From: an uncultured Nitrospirales bacterium
GTDB taxonomy: Bacteria > Nitrospirota > Nitrospiria > Nitrospirales > NS-4
DNA length: 63,772 nt
Assembly: GCA_964384595.1 (NCBI GenBank)
Contig: CAYLLY010000004.1
Location: 1-63,772 of the forward strand
Reading direction: 5' to 3'
The translations under genes were made by a program, and so were the position numbers. The notes below the pieces were generated by a model. It searched no databases, was not told where the DNA came from, and saw only the letters and a list, made by a program, of their open reading frames with translations. Below are positions 21,681 to 31,831 of this stretch, piece after piece; the stretch's first letter is position 1; every line of letters starts with the position of its first letter.

Positions 21681-22412
21681 CTAGCCTGGTAGCGGCGCGC
21701 CGAGCACCGTCAAGAGCTCGTCCAGGCCGCTGATCGTGATCACGTCCTGGCGCCGCTCTGTGCCCTTCCCGGTCCGGTCGAGGTGCACGCCGCCGAGCCC
21801 GGCGGCAACGGCCGCCTGCGCGTCCTCCCGCAAGCTGTTTCCGACATGCACCGCTTCGCGTGCCCCCGCGCCGTGCTTGTGGAGCGCCCGCTGGAAAATT
21901 TTAACCGAGGGCTTGGCGGCGCCGGCGGAGCTGGAAATCGTCACGCTCTCGAAAAACCGGTCAATCCCCAGGCCAATGAGAATGTCATAGAGACGCGAAT
22001 CGAAGTTCGACACGATGCCGCACTCGATCCCGCGCGCCTCCAAGGCGCGGAGGGCGGGCACCACGTCAGGGTAGAGCTCCCACGACTCGGGCCTGGAGAA
22101 ATACGTGAACACGTCTTCGAAGTACTCATCGAACCCCTCGAACATTCCGACACGATAGAACACGCTATGGACCACGTCGAACCACCACATCCGCTCACAG
22201 GACTTGATCTCCTGCGGGTCGCTCACGGCGAACACGGGCGGCGGCGCGTCGGCAAACGCCCTGGCAAATGCCTGCTGGATGACTTCTCGCTCGGCTGTCA
22301 CTCCATACTTGAGCGCATGGCTGCGGTACACCTCCCCCACCGACCCTTTCACGTGAAAGAGCGTGTCGGCGGCGTCGAAGAAAATCACCCTGGCGCCGCA
22401 TAAAAGGCTCAT
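21681..22412 (-). CDS. HAD-IA family hydrolase (REG-2-like)
   Basis: FFDAADTL, VSNFDSR, AAKPS..IF, HVGNS..ED. Confidence 0.88.
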   Translation of the reverse strand: MSLLCGARVIFFDAADTLFHVKGSVGEVYRSHALKYGVTAEREVIQQAFARAFADAPPPVFAVSDPQEIKSCERMWWFDVVHSVFYRVGMFEGFDEYFEDVFTYFSRPESWELYPDVVPALRALEARGIECGIVSNFDSRLYDILIGLGIDRFFESVTISSSAGAAKPSVKIFQRALHKHGAGAREAVHVGNSLREDAQAAVAAGLGGVHLDRTGKGTERRQDVITISGLDELLTVLGAPLPG

Positions 22413-23581
22413 GCGCCACGCCCCCGTCTCTCCAGGATCGATACGACCACCACGATGATCGTGCCTTGCAGCAGGAGAAACAGCGCATCCACCGCGCGGG
22501 CGGATCGAAGAACGACCCCGGCCAACCCCAGCGCGATGCTCAGGAGAAAAATCATCAGGACCGCGTCCGTCCGGCTGCCCAGAGACCGTTCCATCCGATG
22601 GTGCATGTGGTCCTTTCCAACATATTCCAGATACTGCTTCAGCGTCGTGACTTTGCCCGTGTAAAGCCGCTCCACCGTCGTATGCACCATATCGTAGATG
22701 AGTATCCCGAAAATTAAAATCGGCGTGGACACCGAGACGATGGGCTTCCCATGCGCCCAGTTCCCCTTGACCGCCAGGCAGGCCAGCGTAAATCCGAGAA
22801 AGGTGCTCCCCGCGTCTCCGAGAAAGATCGTGGCAGGCGCGTGGGGCTTGAAGTTATACGGGAGAAACCCCAAGCCCGCTCCGATGAGCGCAACCATCAC
22901 CCAGCCCAGAACGGGCTGGTTGGTTTGAAACGCGACGATGCCCATGAAAAATGCGATGATGATGGCGAGCCCCGTCGCCAGGCCATCCATACCGTCGAAG
23001 AAATTCAACGCGTTGGTGATCCCCACGATCCAGAGCACCGTCAGGAACACATTGAGCGTGTCACCGAGCAACCCGTGGGGGAAAAAGGTCAGGAGTTTGC
23101 CGGACCAGATGACGATTCCTGCGGCGATGATCTGCGCCAGCAGTTTCGTTATAGCCGGCACCCCTCGGATATCATCCCAGAGGCCGACGAGAAAGAGCAG
23201 GGTTCCACCGACCAGCACACCCAACATACCCTCGGTTCCGATCAAGGGATCGACCATTCCCGCCGCGTTCGCCAGAATGGCGACAAGGAACGCCAGATAC
23301 ACCGCGACTCCACCTAACAAGGGAGTCGAAGTCTGATGAATCTTCCTGGGTGATGGATGGTCAACGGCACCGATCTTGCGCGCCAACTCCCGCACGAACG
23401 GAGTCAGCCCTGCAGCCGCAAAAAAGGACACCAGCAATATAAAAAGCCATCGCATGCCGGCGGTGTAAAACCAGCCATGCACAGCAGGCTGCAGCAATAC
23501 CACAGCGCACAGAATTGCCCATACCACTACATGTCGTTCGAGTCGTGGAAACAGCATGTTCTTTGTTTCGACTTGTTCCAT
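22409..23581 (-). CDS. wecA: Undecaprenyl-phosphate HexNAc-1-phosphate transferase (WecA/TagO, MraY family)
   Basis: RKIH..STPLLGG, WDDIRG, NALNFFDGMDGLA, FLGDAGS, DHMHHR; polytopic. Confidence 0.88.
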   Translation of the reverse strand: MEQVETKNMLFPRLERHVVVWAILCAVVLLQPAVHGWFYTAGMRWLFILLVSFFAAAGLTPFVRELARKIGAVDHPSPRKIHQTSTPLLGGVAVYLAFLVAILANAAGMVDPLIGTEGMLGVLVGGTLLFLVGLWDDIRGVPAITKLLAQIIAAGIVIWSGKLLTFFPHGLLGDTLNVFLTVLWIVGITNALNFFDGMDGLATGLAIIIAFFMGIVAFQTNQPVLGWVMVALIGAGLGFLPYNFKPHAPATIFLGDAGSTFLGFTLACLAVKGNWAHGKPIVSVSTPILIFGILIYDMVHTTVERLYTGKVTTLKQYLEYVGKDHMHHRMERSLGSRTDAVLMIFLLSIALGLAGVVLRSARAVDALFLLLQGTIIVVVVSILERRGRGA

Positions 23582-24637
23582 CTAGGCCAGCACAGTCCGC
23601 ATTGCGCCCGCAATCCTTTCAACGTCCGCATCAGTGAGCGAGGGATAGATCGGGATCGACAACGCCCGTTCCCAAGCCGAGTCCGTCCCCGGAAACCCCC
23701 GGAGGCCCAGGTACCGGTGAATCGGCTTGAACACGGGACGCCTGCAGTGCACGCCGAGCTCGGCAAACTTTTCCAAGGCAGATTCCACCGGATCCTGAAG
23801 CCGGACGACATAGCGGTAAAACACATGGTCATGATGCGGGATGCCGGCAGGCGGGTCCGCCTTCAAACCGCGCAAGGCGTCGGCATACTGCGCGGCGATG
23901 GCCTGGCGCCGTTTGATGAATCCGGGCAACGCCTTGATCTGGCATAGCCCCAATGCACCCTGCAGCTCCGTCATCTTGTAATTGAACGCCGGCTCCAAGG
24001 CGTCCGCTTCATCATACTGGCGCAGAGTACGGATACGGGCCATGCACGGCTCGGCGCGTCCCAAAACCATGCCGCCCTCTCCGGTAGTGATGAGCTTCGT
24101 GGCATAGAACGAGCACACGGTCAGGTCCCCGACACTTCCGACCGGGCGCCCCCCCATGGACGCGCCGAGCGCTTGCGCGCAGTCTTCGATGATGGGAACG
24201 CCCGACTTCTCCAATTCAGACAGATCGGCCGGAAGCCCGAACAGATGCGGCACGATGACGGCCTTGGTCTTGCGGGTGATCGCGCGGGTCACCGCGGCCG
24301 GCGACGGGTGATAGGGCACGGGATCAATATCGACCAGGACCGGCGTGGCGCCGGCATAACTCACCGCATGCCACAATGCCGTGCAGACAAAGGAAGGGAT
24401 AATCACCTCATCGCCGGGACCGATCCCCAACCCCTTGAGCGCAAGAAACAGCGCCGCGGTGCCGGAGCTTGCGGCGACACCCTGCGCCTGACCCGTCATA
24501 TTCGCCAGAGCGCGCTCGAACTCCACAACTTTTTCACCTTGGGCGATCCGTCCGGCGCGAATCACATCGGTCACGGCCTGCGCCTCGGCCTCTCCGAGCG
24601 AAGGGCAGGAATGCGGTATCACCGTCGGGCGGCTCAC
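23582..24637 (-). CDS. DegT/DnrJ/EryC1/StrS PLP-dependent sugar aminotransferase
   Basis: SSGTAAL, IEDCAQA, SFYATKLITTGEGG (PLP Lys), FNYKM. Confidence 0.93.
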   Translation of the reverse strand: MSRPTVIPHSCPSLGEAEAQAVTDVIRAGRIAQGEKVVEFERALANMTGQAQGVAASSGTAALFLALKGLGIGPGDEVIIPSFVCTALWHAVSYAGATPVLVDIDPVPYHPSPAAVTRAITRKTKAVIVPHLFGLPADLSELEKSGVPIIEDCAQALGASMGGRPVGSVGDLTVCSFYATKLITTGEGGMVLGRAEPCMARIRTLRQYDEADALEPAFNYKMTELQGALGLCQIKALPGFIKRRQAIAAQYADALRGLKADPPAGIPHHDHVFYRYVVRLQDPVESALEKFAELGVHCRRPVFKPIHRYLGLRGFPGTDSAWERALSIPIYPSLTDADVERIAGAMRTVLA

Positions 24638-25263
24638 GCGAGGTCCGGGCCTACATTGATGAACAACCTCAGCGGGACGAAGGCCTCGGCAGCGCGGACC
24701 CGTCCCTGGAGTCCGCGGAAGTGCGCAGAGGCGCGGGCGATTTCAAGGATGCTTAATCCCTCAACGTTGGTCTTCCTCACCTGGGAGGCATGCGCCTCCA
24801 GAGAACGCACCTTGTCCTCCAGAAGGCCGTCGATGTCGACATACACCGTGGGAGAAAAGTTCTGCGTCGTGGGAGTCTCGTAAAAAAGGACGTTGCGCGT
24901 GTAGCGTGTGGCGGTCACCGTGCACGTCGCCAAGTGGCGATGGTCCTGATGGGTGTCGTCGAAATAGTTCACAAAAATGAAGGCGGGATCGACTTTCTTG
25001 ACGACGTCTTCGATCTGCTGGATGGCCTCACGGGCGACCGGCAGTTCCGTATCGCGATAGCCTCCCCAAAAGATGTTCCGCGCCCCGAGAATCCGTGATG
25101 ATGCCACCTGCTCGTTCCGCCGCACCTCGGAATCGCCGCCGCGCGCGCCGTCCGTGAGGATCATCAGCTGCACGTGATGGCCCGCGCGCGCATACTTGAG
25201 CAAGGCCCCCCCGCACCCGATTTCGATGTCGTCAGGATGCGCTCCCAGCGCCAGGATGTTCAT
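24634..25263 (-). CDS. PIG-L/LmbE family deacetylase
   Basis: GAHPDDIEIGCGG, RR.E, DTHQDH. Confidence 0.9.
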   Translation of the reverse strand: MNILALGAHPDDIEIGCGGALLKYARAGHHVQLMILTDGARGGDSEVRRNEQVASSRILGARNIFWGGYRDTELPVAREAIQQIEDVVKKVDPAFIFVNYFDDTHQDHRHLATCTVTATRYTRNVLFYETPTTQNFSPTVYVDIDGLLEDKVRSLEAHASQVRKTNVEGLSILEIARASAHFRGLQGRVRAAEAFVPLRLFINVGPDLA

Positions 25264-25266
25264 GTT

Positions 25267-25953
25267 CTACCTCGCTCGAGCTTCGCGGATATAACGGAAG
25301 CCCTCTCCTCCGCAATTGAACAGCAGATCGACGGCCGACAACCCCGCGATGAAGGGCCGATAGACTTGCGGGTACTCCGGACTCACAAAGTCCTGGAACT
25401 CCACTGCGATCCCCGCGGCTTGAAAGTCTTCAAGTTTCATGTAGCTCCGGCCGCCGGCCCCCGCCAGATAACAATCGGCGCCGACCGCCTTGCACAAGTC
25501 CACAATCCGCCCGGTCTGCTCTTCCCTGGCCTCAAACCGGCCGGCCTTGACGACCGGCGTCGTGATGCCGAAAGCCTCGGCCAGCGCCGCAAGCATCGCC
25601 TCGCTGAGGAGAGCCAGTCTCTCCCAGTCGCGGGCCAGGAGTTCCTGAAAAATCGGCGCGTATCGCCCATACTGCGGCGCTTTCCCGTAGTGGGTCTCCA
25701 ACGCCTGCGCGTGCTTCCGGCGCCAATCGACCTGGTTGTTGATCCGCACGCCGTCGAGCCGCTGAGGAAATCCGTGCCGCACCGGAACGGTCAGATACTG
25801 CCAGCCTTGCGCCGTCCTGATGCGGTTCCGGTTCTGCCATTCGTTCTTCTTGAACTGGACGGTGTCCAGCAGCACGAAGACGTCCGCCCGGTCCAGTTTA
25901 TCAAGATACCCCAACCAGGGCAAATACTGGGGTTGATGGATCGCGACGCGCAC
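25267..25953 (-). CDS. wbqC: WbqC family protein (putative glycyltransferase)
   Basis: IHQPQYLPWLGY..K, D.VQF.K..WQNRNRI, YLAG.GG..Y, LSAVDLLFN.G. Confidence 0.92.
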   Translation of the reverse strand: MRVAIHQPQYLPWLGYLDKLDRADVFVLLDTVQFKKNEWQNRNRIRTAQGWQYLTVPVRHGFPQRLDGVRINNQVDWRRKHAQALETHYGKAPQYGRYAPIFQELLARDWERLALLSEAMLAALAEAFGITTPVVKAGRFEAREEQTGRIVDLCKAVGADCYLAGAGGRSYMKLEDFQAAGIAVEFQDFVSPEYPQVYRPFIAGLSAVDLLFNCGGEGFRYIREARAR

Positions 25954-25955
25954 GG

Positions 25956-27491
25956 CTACGGCAGTACCCCCGCCAGGTTCGCACGGCGACGCACGAAAAT
26001 GGGGTTGCTGACGATGCGGTGATCTCCCGAACCGATCAGTAGTCGGAAATAACCCCCAGCGCTCTGGGGAACCACATCGCGCAACTGGACACTGAACGGA
26101 GTTGTTTCGGTCGTCGCCGACATCACCAGGCCGGAACGAATGACCTGTACCAAAACAGGCCGATGCCGTCCGTCCGTGGAAGACACCTCGACCCGCACAT
26201 GAAACGGAGCATTGGCGGGCGCCTCCAGCGTTTCACCTGAGATCCGCGATTGCCCGGTTTCACCGGACGTCACGGAAAACTCATTAAGAACCAGCCCATA
26301 GTCCTTGCGCCGCTCACGCGCGTACATCCGGCCTTTGGCAATCGCCTCCAGCAGCGCAGCCGGCGTGCGCTCTTTGACCCACAGCACGGTTTCCACGTTA
26401 TCCAGCCGTTTCCCGGCACTATCGGCTCTGTGATAGGCGACCTCACCGATCCCCCAGGGTGGGCTGTCGCGATGCCCCTCAAGATACGCCATCAGTGCGG
26501 TATCCCAGACACCGCCCGGATCGGTGACAGTGACCGTATCTTCGTAGACCGCCCCAAACCCTGTATAACCGGACGTTTTTATGATCCCCTCCGGATAGGG
26601 GTCGGTCTTCACCGTGACCATGCCCAGCCGGCCGTAGTCATACCGGTTAAAGTCCCTGGCTTCGGGCATAGACCAGACTGTAAGCCCTCCCCGTTCACGG
26701 ACGTAATCGATCAGGTCCTGATGAGGGCGCCAGCCGGCGTCATCACGGTAGGGGTCATAGCGCGCCGCGCCGAATGGATAGTTATTTACCAGCAGCAGTC
26801 CGGCCAGCGCCAGCAAGGAAATCCCCGGCGCCATTCGCCGCTCGCGCACAACCATGAACGTCCACCCAACCCGGATTTTCCGCTCCACACGGCGGTTGAC
26901 CAGCCAGATGCCGGGCGGGATCAGCAGAATTGGCGACAGGCCAATGGCCGTCGGCAACCCGTACTCGTAGGATGCGTAGTTTCCCATAGCCGGCATCCGG
27001 CCATAGTCGTCCGCGCGGGGCAATCCCAGAACCAGCACATTTTTCTGCGCGTCGTGCATGGTCAGGTCTTTGCCGAAAATCGAGCCAGTCCAGTAATAGT
27101 GCGGGACGACTTCCACACCTGGAATGAGTATGACATCGGGGTGGCGGAAGCCTGCCTCTCGAATCTGGGCAAGGTACCGGTCAACCCCGACATTCAGGAC
27201 CGAGGGCAGTTCAACCGTCCGCCGTATCAACCCACGTAGGGGGAACAGCCCATACTCGTACCGAAGCAGGAAATTGTCGGTCAGGAAAATCGCTTCAATG
27301 CCGGAAGCCCTGGCCTGCGTGGCCAGAGCCTCGAACGAGTCGCTGCCGGTGCTGAGCATGCTGTGGACGTGGAACGCGGCGGGCACGTGCCGCCATGCCT
27401 GGACGGGTTCCTGCGCCGACCCGGCGGTGCTCCAGAACCACGTCGCCAGCAACACCCCCCCGCCGATCCATGCACGCTCACACCGCGGCAT
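25956..27491 (-). CDS. Exported/membrane-anchored PHP-like protein (degenerate metal ligands)
   Basis: Signal-like N-terminus, FHVHS..STG, FLTDN, IPGVEV, internal two-TM hairpin, C-terminal beta-rich domain. Confidence 0.7.
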   Translation of the reverse strand: MPRCERAWIGGGVLLATWFWSTAGSAQEPVQAWRHVPAAFHVHSMLSTGSDSFEALATQARASGIEAIFLTDNFLLRYEYGLFPLRGLIRRTVELPSVLNVGVDRYLAQIREAGFRHPDVILIPGVEVVPHYYWTGSIFGKDLTMHDAQKNVLVLGLPRADDYGRMPAMGNYASYEYGLPTAIGLSPILLIPPGIWLVNRRVERKIRVGWTFMVVRERRMAPGISLLALAGLLLVNNYPFGAARYDPYRDDAGWRPHQDLIDYVRERGGLTVWSMPEARDFNRYDYGRLGMVTVKTDPYPEGIIKTSGYTGFGAVYEDTVTVTDPGGVWDTALMAYLEGHRDSPPWGIGEVAYHRADSAGKRLDNVETVLWVKERTPAALLEAIAKGRMYARERRKDYGLVLNEFSVTSGETGQSRISGETLEAPANAPFHVRVEVSSTDGRHRPVLVQVIRSGLVMSATTETTPFSVQLRDVVPQSAGGYFRLLIGSGDHRIVSNPIFVRRRANLAGVLP

Positions 27492-28692
27492 GTTTCCCCT
27501 GCCACACGGCGCCGTATAGGTGCTCGATCGCCCGGACCATCGACCCGGCATCGAATCGCTCGCCCACGCGTTTCTTCCCTGCATTCCCGTATGCGGCCAT
27601 CCGCCGGCGGTCCCGCAACAGTGTCAACATCGCGGCGGCCAGCGCCCTCTCGTCCTGCGGCGGAACCAGCAAGCCGTTCGTTCCCTCGACGACGAGGTCC
27701 GGGATGCCGCCGACGCGGGTAGCAACCACCGGCAATCCCGCCGCCATCGCCTCGACCAGTGCCCGCCCCATGCCCTCGTTGAGCGAAGGAAAGACAAAGA
27801 GATCCAACGCCGCCAGGCAATCAGGGATGTCTTGCCGCATCCCCAGAAACTTGAGATGGGAGGCCACGCCCAACGCGTTTCCCAGTTGCGCAAGCTCGCC
27901 GCGAAGCGGCCCATCACCCACAAACACAAAACAGGTCTCGGGGAGCTCAGCCACCACATGCGGGACGGCCCTGATCAGCCAAGCATGGCCCTTGATCGGG
28001 ACCAACCGTCCCACCGTCCCGACGACCGGCCCACCCGCAGGCAGCCCCAGTTCCTTCCTTTTCATCGCGGGATCCGCGCCAACCGACCTGAACGCCGCGA
28101 GGGTAATGCCGCTCGGGATCGTCACGAACTTGTCCGCTCCCGCAATCCCGAGACGGACGTGCTCTTCTCGCCCCCGATCCGTCAAGGTCACGATCCGATC
28201 CGTGATCCGGCCCAGCGCACGTTCGAGCAGCCGAATCAGCCAGCTCATCACCGGCCCGTAGTAGCCGTAAAAAATGTGCCCGTGGGGTGTATGGACCACC
28301 ACCGGCGTACCGGCCAGCCACGCCGCGATTCTGCCGATGGCGCCTGCTTTGGATGTATGCGTGTGGACGATATCGGGCCGTTCGCGCCGCAGCAGGCGCC
28401 ATAGCGACAGCGTCGCACGCGCATCCTTCAGCGGTCTGACCTCGCGCACCAACTCCGGCACTTCAAAAAGCCTCACCCCGGCTCGGCAAAGCTCCTCCCT
28501 GTCCTTCTCCGCACAGGACGCCTCTTCCGCTGTCTGCGCCTCCGCCCGCCCATAGACCACGCCCACACGAAACCGGCTTCGGTCATGCCCGATCGCCGTC
28601 AGGAACGTGTTGCGCGCCGACCCTCCTTGATCGAGCCGCGTAATGATGTGGACGACAGATTGTCGGCCGTCCTGGGAAGATCGGTCCGTCAT
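27478..28692 (-). CDS. Glycosyltransferase family 4
   Basis: HIITRLDQGGS, VHTHTSKAG..GR, PSLNEGMGRALVEAM; TGATG coupling to the upstream gene. Confidence 0.92.
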   Translation of the reverse strand: MTDRSSQDGRQSVVHIITRLDQGGSARNTFLTAIGHDRSRFRVGVVYGRAEAQTAEEASCAEKDREELCRAGVRLFEVPELVREVRPLKDARATLSLWRLLRRERPDIVHTHTSKAGAIGRIAAWLAGTPVVVHTPHGHIFYGYYGPVMSWLIRLLERALGRITDRIVTLTDRGREEHVRLGIAGADKFVTIPSGITLAAFRSVGADPAMKRKELGLPAGGPVVGTVGRLVPIKGHAWLIRAVPHVVAELPETCFVFVGDGPLRGELAQLGNALGVASHLKFLGMRQDIPDCLAALDLFVFPSLNEGMGRALVEAMAAGLPVVATRVGGIPDLVVEGTNGLLVPPQDERALAAAMLTLLRDRRRMAAYGNAGKKRVGERFDAGSMVRAIEHLYGAVWQGKHAAV

Positions 28693-29918
28693 CAATGAGA
28701 GACCATCGCGTGAAGGCCGAATGCCTCGGGCAGGATGGCCTCGATCCGCTCGCAGTGATGTTCCCACGTATAGTCGCGCAGCACGAGGGCGCGGCATTCC
28801 GCCGACAACCGCTCGCGCAACGCCGGGTCGGCCGTCAGCCGACGGTGCAGATCGGCAATACCGGATGCCAGCGACGCGGCGTCGGAGCCCGCCGCGATGA
28901 AAGACGGGTCGAGCTTGCCCAGAATCTCCTCCGTCGCTCCGACCGGAGTTCCGAGCACCGGCGTCCCTGAAGCCAAGGCTTCCACCGTGACCAGCCCAAA
29001 ACCTTCGAGTTGAGCCGTCGGCAACACAAACACGTCGGCAGCCCGGTAATAACCGGGCAATGCGTCCTCCGGCACAAACCCGAGCAGCCGGACGCACTCT
29101 TCCAGCCTCAACGCTTTCACCAGCGCATCCAGTTCCGCATGGAGAGGCCCGCTCCCGCCGATCAGCAATCTGATCCGGGGAATCGCAGCGCTCAGGCGGG
29201 CCATCGCGTGGATCAGCGCGCCAAGCCCCATTCGAGGCTGTAAATTGCGAACCGTGAAGAGGATGAACTCGCCGTCGGCCAAGCCGAGCGCGGCCCGGAT
29301 CGCCCGCCGGTCGGGCGCCGGACAAAACATTTCCGTGTCGACCCCGCCGGGCACCACGCGGACGCGATCGTCCATGATGTGGTGGCATGCCGTCACCCGC
29401 CGTCGCATGAATTCGCTCAGGACAACGATGCGCTGCGCCCGTTGCAGCGCCATCCGCTCGATCCACTTTCTGGCCGTGGACTGGCAGCGATACCACACCC
29501 ACCCCATCACGCCGGACGGCGGCCGGTTCCGCGTCTCGAACTCCTCGTGCGCGAGCGAGAGGCAGACGTAGACGGCCGGGATCCGCAGGAATGCTCTGAG
29601 GACGGCCAACCCCGGCAAGGCTTGATGGACCAGCAGGACGTCCGGCTGGTTCTCGCGCGCCATCGTCGTGAACACGTGCCGCGCGTTCCGCATGGACGAG
29701 ATCAAAAACGCGATCGGGCCGCGGCGCGCTACAGGGTACCGGCGCTCCGCGATCCCTCCGACGACGATCCGCTCTTCCTTTTCCCCTTCCGGGAGCCTCG
29801 TCAGGAGACGGACCGTGTGGCCGCGTTCCGCAAGGCCTTGCGCCTGCTCGCGCAACACCCGCTCCGCCCCACCGATGACCTGCGCCATGGAGACTTCGGC
29901 GACCATCACGATGTTCAC
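28692..29918 (-). CDS. Glycosyltransferase family 4
   Basis: IGGAERV, TVRNL.PRMG, LEGFGLVTVEALASG; GTGA overlap with asnB. Confidence 0.92.
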   Translation of the reverse strand: MNIVMVAEVSMAQVIGGAERVLREQAQGLAERGHTVRLLTRLPEGEKEERIVVGGIAERRYPVARRGPIAFLISSMRNARHVFTTMARENQPDVLLVHQALPGLAVLRAFLRIPAVYVCLSLAHEEFETRNRPPSGVMGWVWYRCQSTARKWIERMALQRAQRIVVLSEFMRRRVTACHHIMDDRVRVVPGGVDTEMFCPAPDRRAIRAALGLADGEFILFTVRNLQPRMGLGALIHAMARLSAAIPRIRLLIGGSGPLHAELDALVKALRLEECVRLLGFVPEDALPGYYRAADVFVLPTAQLEGFGLVTVEALASGTPVLGTPVGATEEILGKLDPSFIAAGSDAASLASGIADLHRRLTADPALRERLSAECRALVLRDYTWEHHCERIEAILPEAFGLHAMVSH

Positions 29919-31798
29919 ACCGAACGGCCCTCCACGCACAGCCGCTGCCAGATCTCCAAGACCAGGAGCGCATGGATTTGGTCCTTAAAATTCCGGCGAC
30001 CCGATTCATGCTCGTCCAACAGCCAACGGACATACGGATAGCGAACAAAGCCGCGGTCGGCGACGGCCTGCTCCGACAGAAGCTCCCGGACCATGTCCTT
30101 CAGGTCGGCCTTGAACCAGCGCGCCAGTGGGATCATGAATCCTTGCTTCGGCCTGGCCAGGATTTCGTCCGGGAGGTGCGCGCGCAGTGCCCGCTTCAAA
30201 AAGGACTTCAGTCGGCGGTCGCGGAACCGCTCCCTGGACGGGAGGCCCATGGCGAACTGGGCTAAGACGTGATCGCAGAACGGCACCCGGACCTCCAGCG
30301 AATGCGCCATGCTCATCCGATCCCCTAATACCAGTAGATCGTCCGGCAGGTAGGTCTGCAGATCGAGCGCCATCGCATGCTCGGCGGGATCGGAGGAATG
30401 CCATTCACGGAACATTCGGGCGTACTCGGACTCAGGCCTCGCCATGCCTGCCGACGCGCGCACCTCCGGCGTGAACGCCTCATCGCCCCATTCGGGCGGA
30501 AGGTATGTGATCCAGCGCAGGTATCGTTCTTCGGGAGCGAGACCGCCCGCACTCAGAAATCTCCGGATACGGCCGGGCCAATTATCGGCGTGCGCGGACT
30601 CCGGGATCCACCGACTCGCCGTGGCCAGGCCCTGACGCAAGGAAGGCGGCAGCCGATCATACACCGCGCCGGCGCGCAGACCCAGGTAGCGGGGATACCC
30701 TCCGAATAACTCATCCCCTCCATGACCGGCCAGCGCTACCGTCACGGTACGGCGCGCGACCTGAGAGATCAAATAGTTCGGAATGGCGGAGGAGTCGGCA
30801 AACGGCTCATCGAAGGACTGGACGATGCGGGGCAGCAGGCGCACGGCGTCCGGCTCCACGATTTCCTCATGATGGTCGGTCCCGAATCGATTCGCGACGA
30901 GCCGGGCGTACGCCAATTCGTTGTATGTCCCGTCCTGGACGCCATACCCGATCGTGAAGGTCTTCATGGGGGTTCCCGACACCTGGCGCATCATGGCGAC
31001 CAGGACGCTGGAGTCCATTCCACCGCTCAGGAAGATCCCCAGGGGCACATCACTGATCAGGTGGAGCCGCACCGTCTCTTTCAGATGCGCCAGGAGCCGC
31101 TCTTCGGCTTCCCTCCCGTCAAGCGCGGCCGCCGCCGGGTCAGGCGTCAGCGACCAATAGCGCCGCAGCCTCAACCGGCCGCGCGCGAAGGTCAGGGTGT
31201 GGCCGGGCGGCACCTGACGGATCCCTTCGAAGATCGTCGCCGGGGACGGCACGTACAGGAACATCAGAAACTGGCGGAGCGCCGCGGTGTCGACCGTGCC
31301 TCCCACCCCGCCGGCCAGCAGGGCTTTGATTTCCGAGGCGAACCACAACTGCCCGCCCCGCACGGCGTAGAAGAGCGGCTTGATCCCGAGCCGGTCACGC
31401 GCGAGCAGGAGGACCTGCCGTTCGCGGTCCCAGAGCGCGAACGCGAACATGCCGCGCAGGCGCTCCACGCAGTCCTCACCGTGCTCCTCGTACAGATGCA
31501 CCAGCACCTCGGTATCGGACTTCGTCGTGAACCGATGTCCGCGGGCCGCCAGATCCTCGCGCAGTTCCTGGAAATTGTAGATTTCCCCGTTCATCACCAC
31601 GCAGACCGTTCCGGTCTCGTTCCAGATCGGCTGGCGGCCGCCGGCCACGTCAATGACGCTGAGCCGGCGCATGGCCAGACTGACCGTCTCGTCCACATAG
31701 CGGCCTTCATCGTCCGGCCCCCGATGGACCAAACTCCCGACCATTCGGGCCAAGCGCTCATCATCGCGAACCCCGCTGAACCCGCAAATCCCGCACAT
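29915..31798 (-). CDS. asnB: Asparagine synthase-like amidotransferase (glutamine-hydrolysing)
   Basis: N-terminal MCGICG, HRGPD, RRLS.ID, NGEIYN, RDRLGIKP, LSGG.DSS, G.GGDELFGGY, SLEVRVPF. Confidence 0.93.
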   Translation of the reverse strand: MCGICGFSGVRDDERLARMVGSLVHRGPDDEGRYVDETVSLAMRRLSVIDVAGGRQPIWNETGTVCVVMNGEIYNFQELREDLAARGHRFTTKSDTEVLVHLYEEHGEDCVERLRGMFAFALWDRERQVLLLARDRLGIKPLFYAVRGGQLWFASEIKALLAGGVGGTVDTAALRQFLMFLYVPSPATIFEGIRQVPPGHTLTFARGRLRLRRYWSLTPDPAAAALDGREAEERLLAHLKETVRLHLISDVPLGIFLSGGMDSSVLVAMMRQVSGTPMKTFTIGYGVQDGTYNELAYARLVANRFGTDHHEEIVEPDAVRLLPRIVQSFDEPFADSSAIPNYLISQVARRTVTVALAGHGGDELFGGYPRYLGLRAGAVYDRLPPSLRQGLATASRWIPESAHADNWPGRIRRFLSAGGLAPEERYLRWITYLPPEWGDEAFTPEVRASAGMARPESEYARMFREWHSSDPAEHAMALDLQTYLPDDLLVLGDRMSMAHSLEVRVPFCDHVLAQFAMGLPSRERFRDRRLKSFLKRALRAHLPDEILARPKQGFMIPLARWFKADLKDMVRELLSEQAVADRGFVRYPYVRWLLDEHESGRRNFKDQIHALLVLEIWQRLCVEGRSV

Positions 31799-31831
31799 CA
31801 CGCCTTCCCCTTCCGCTGCGCCCGCCTGCCG

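Noticed and set aside
28693-30048. 856-aa ORF-track protein 27478-30048 as a giant fusion
   Set aside because: The N-terminal part is an alternative frame over a real GT4 and the asnB end; only 27478-28692 has GT4 motifs.
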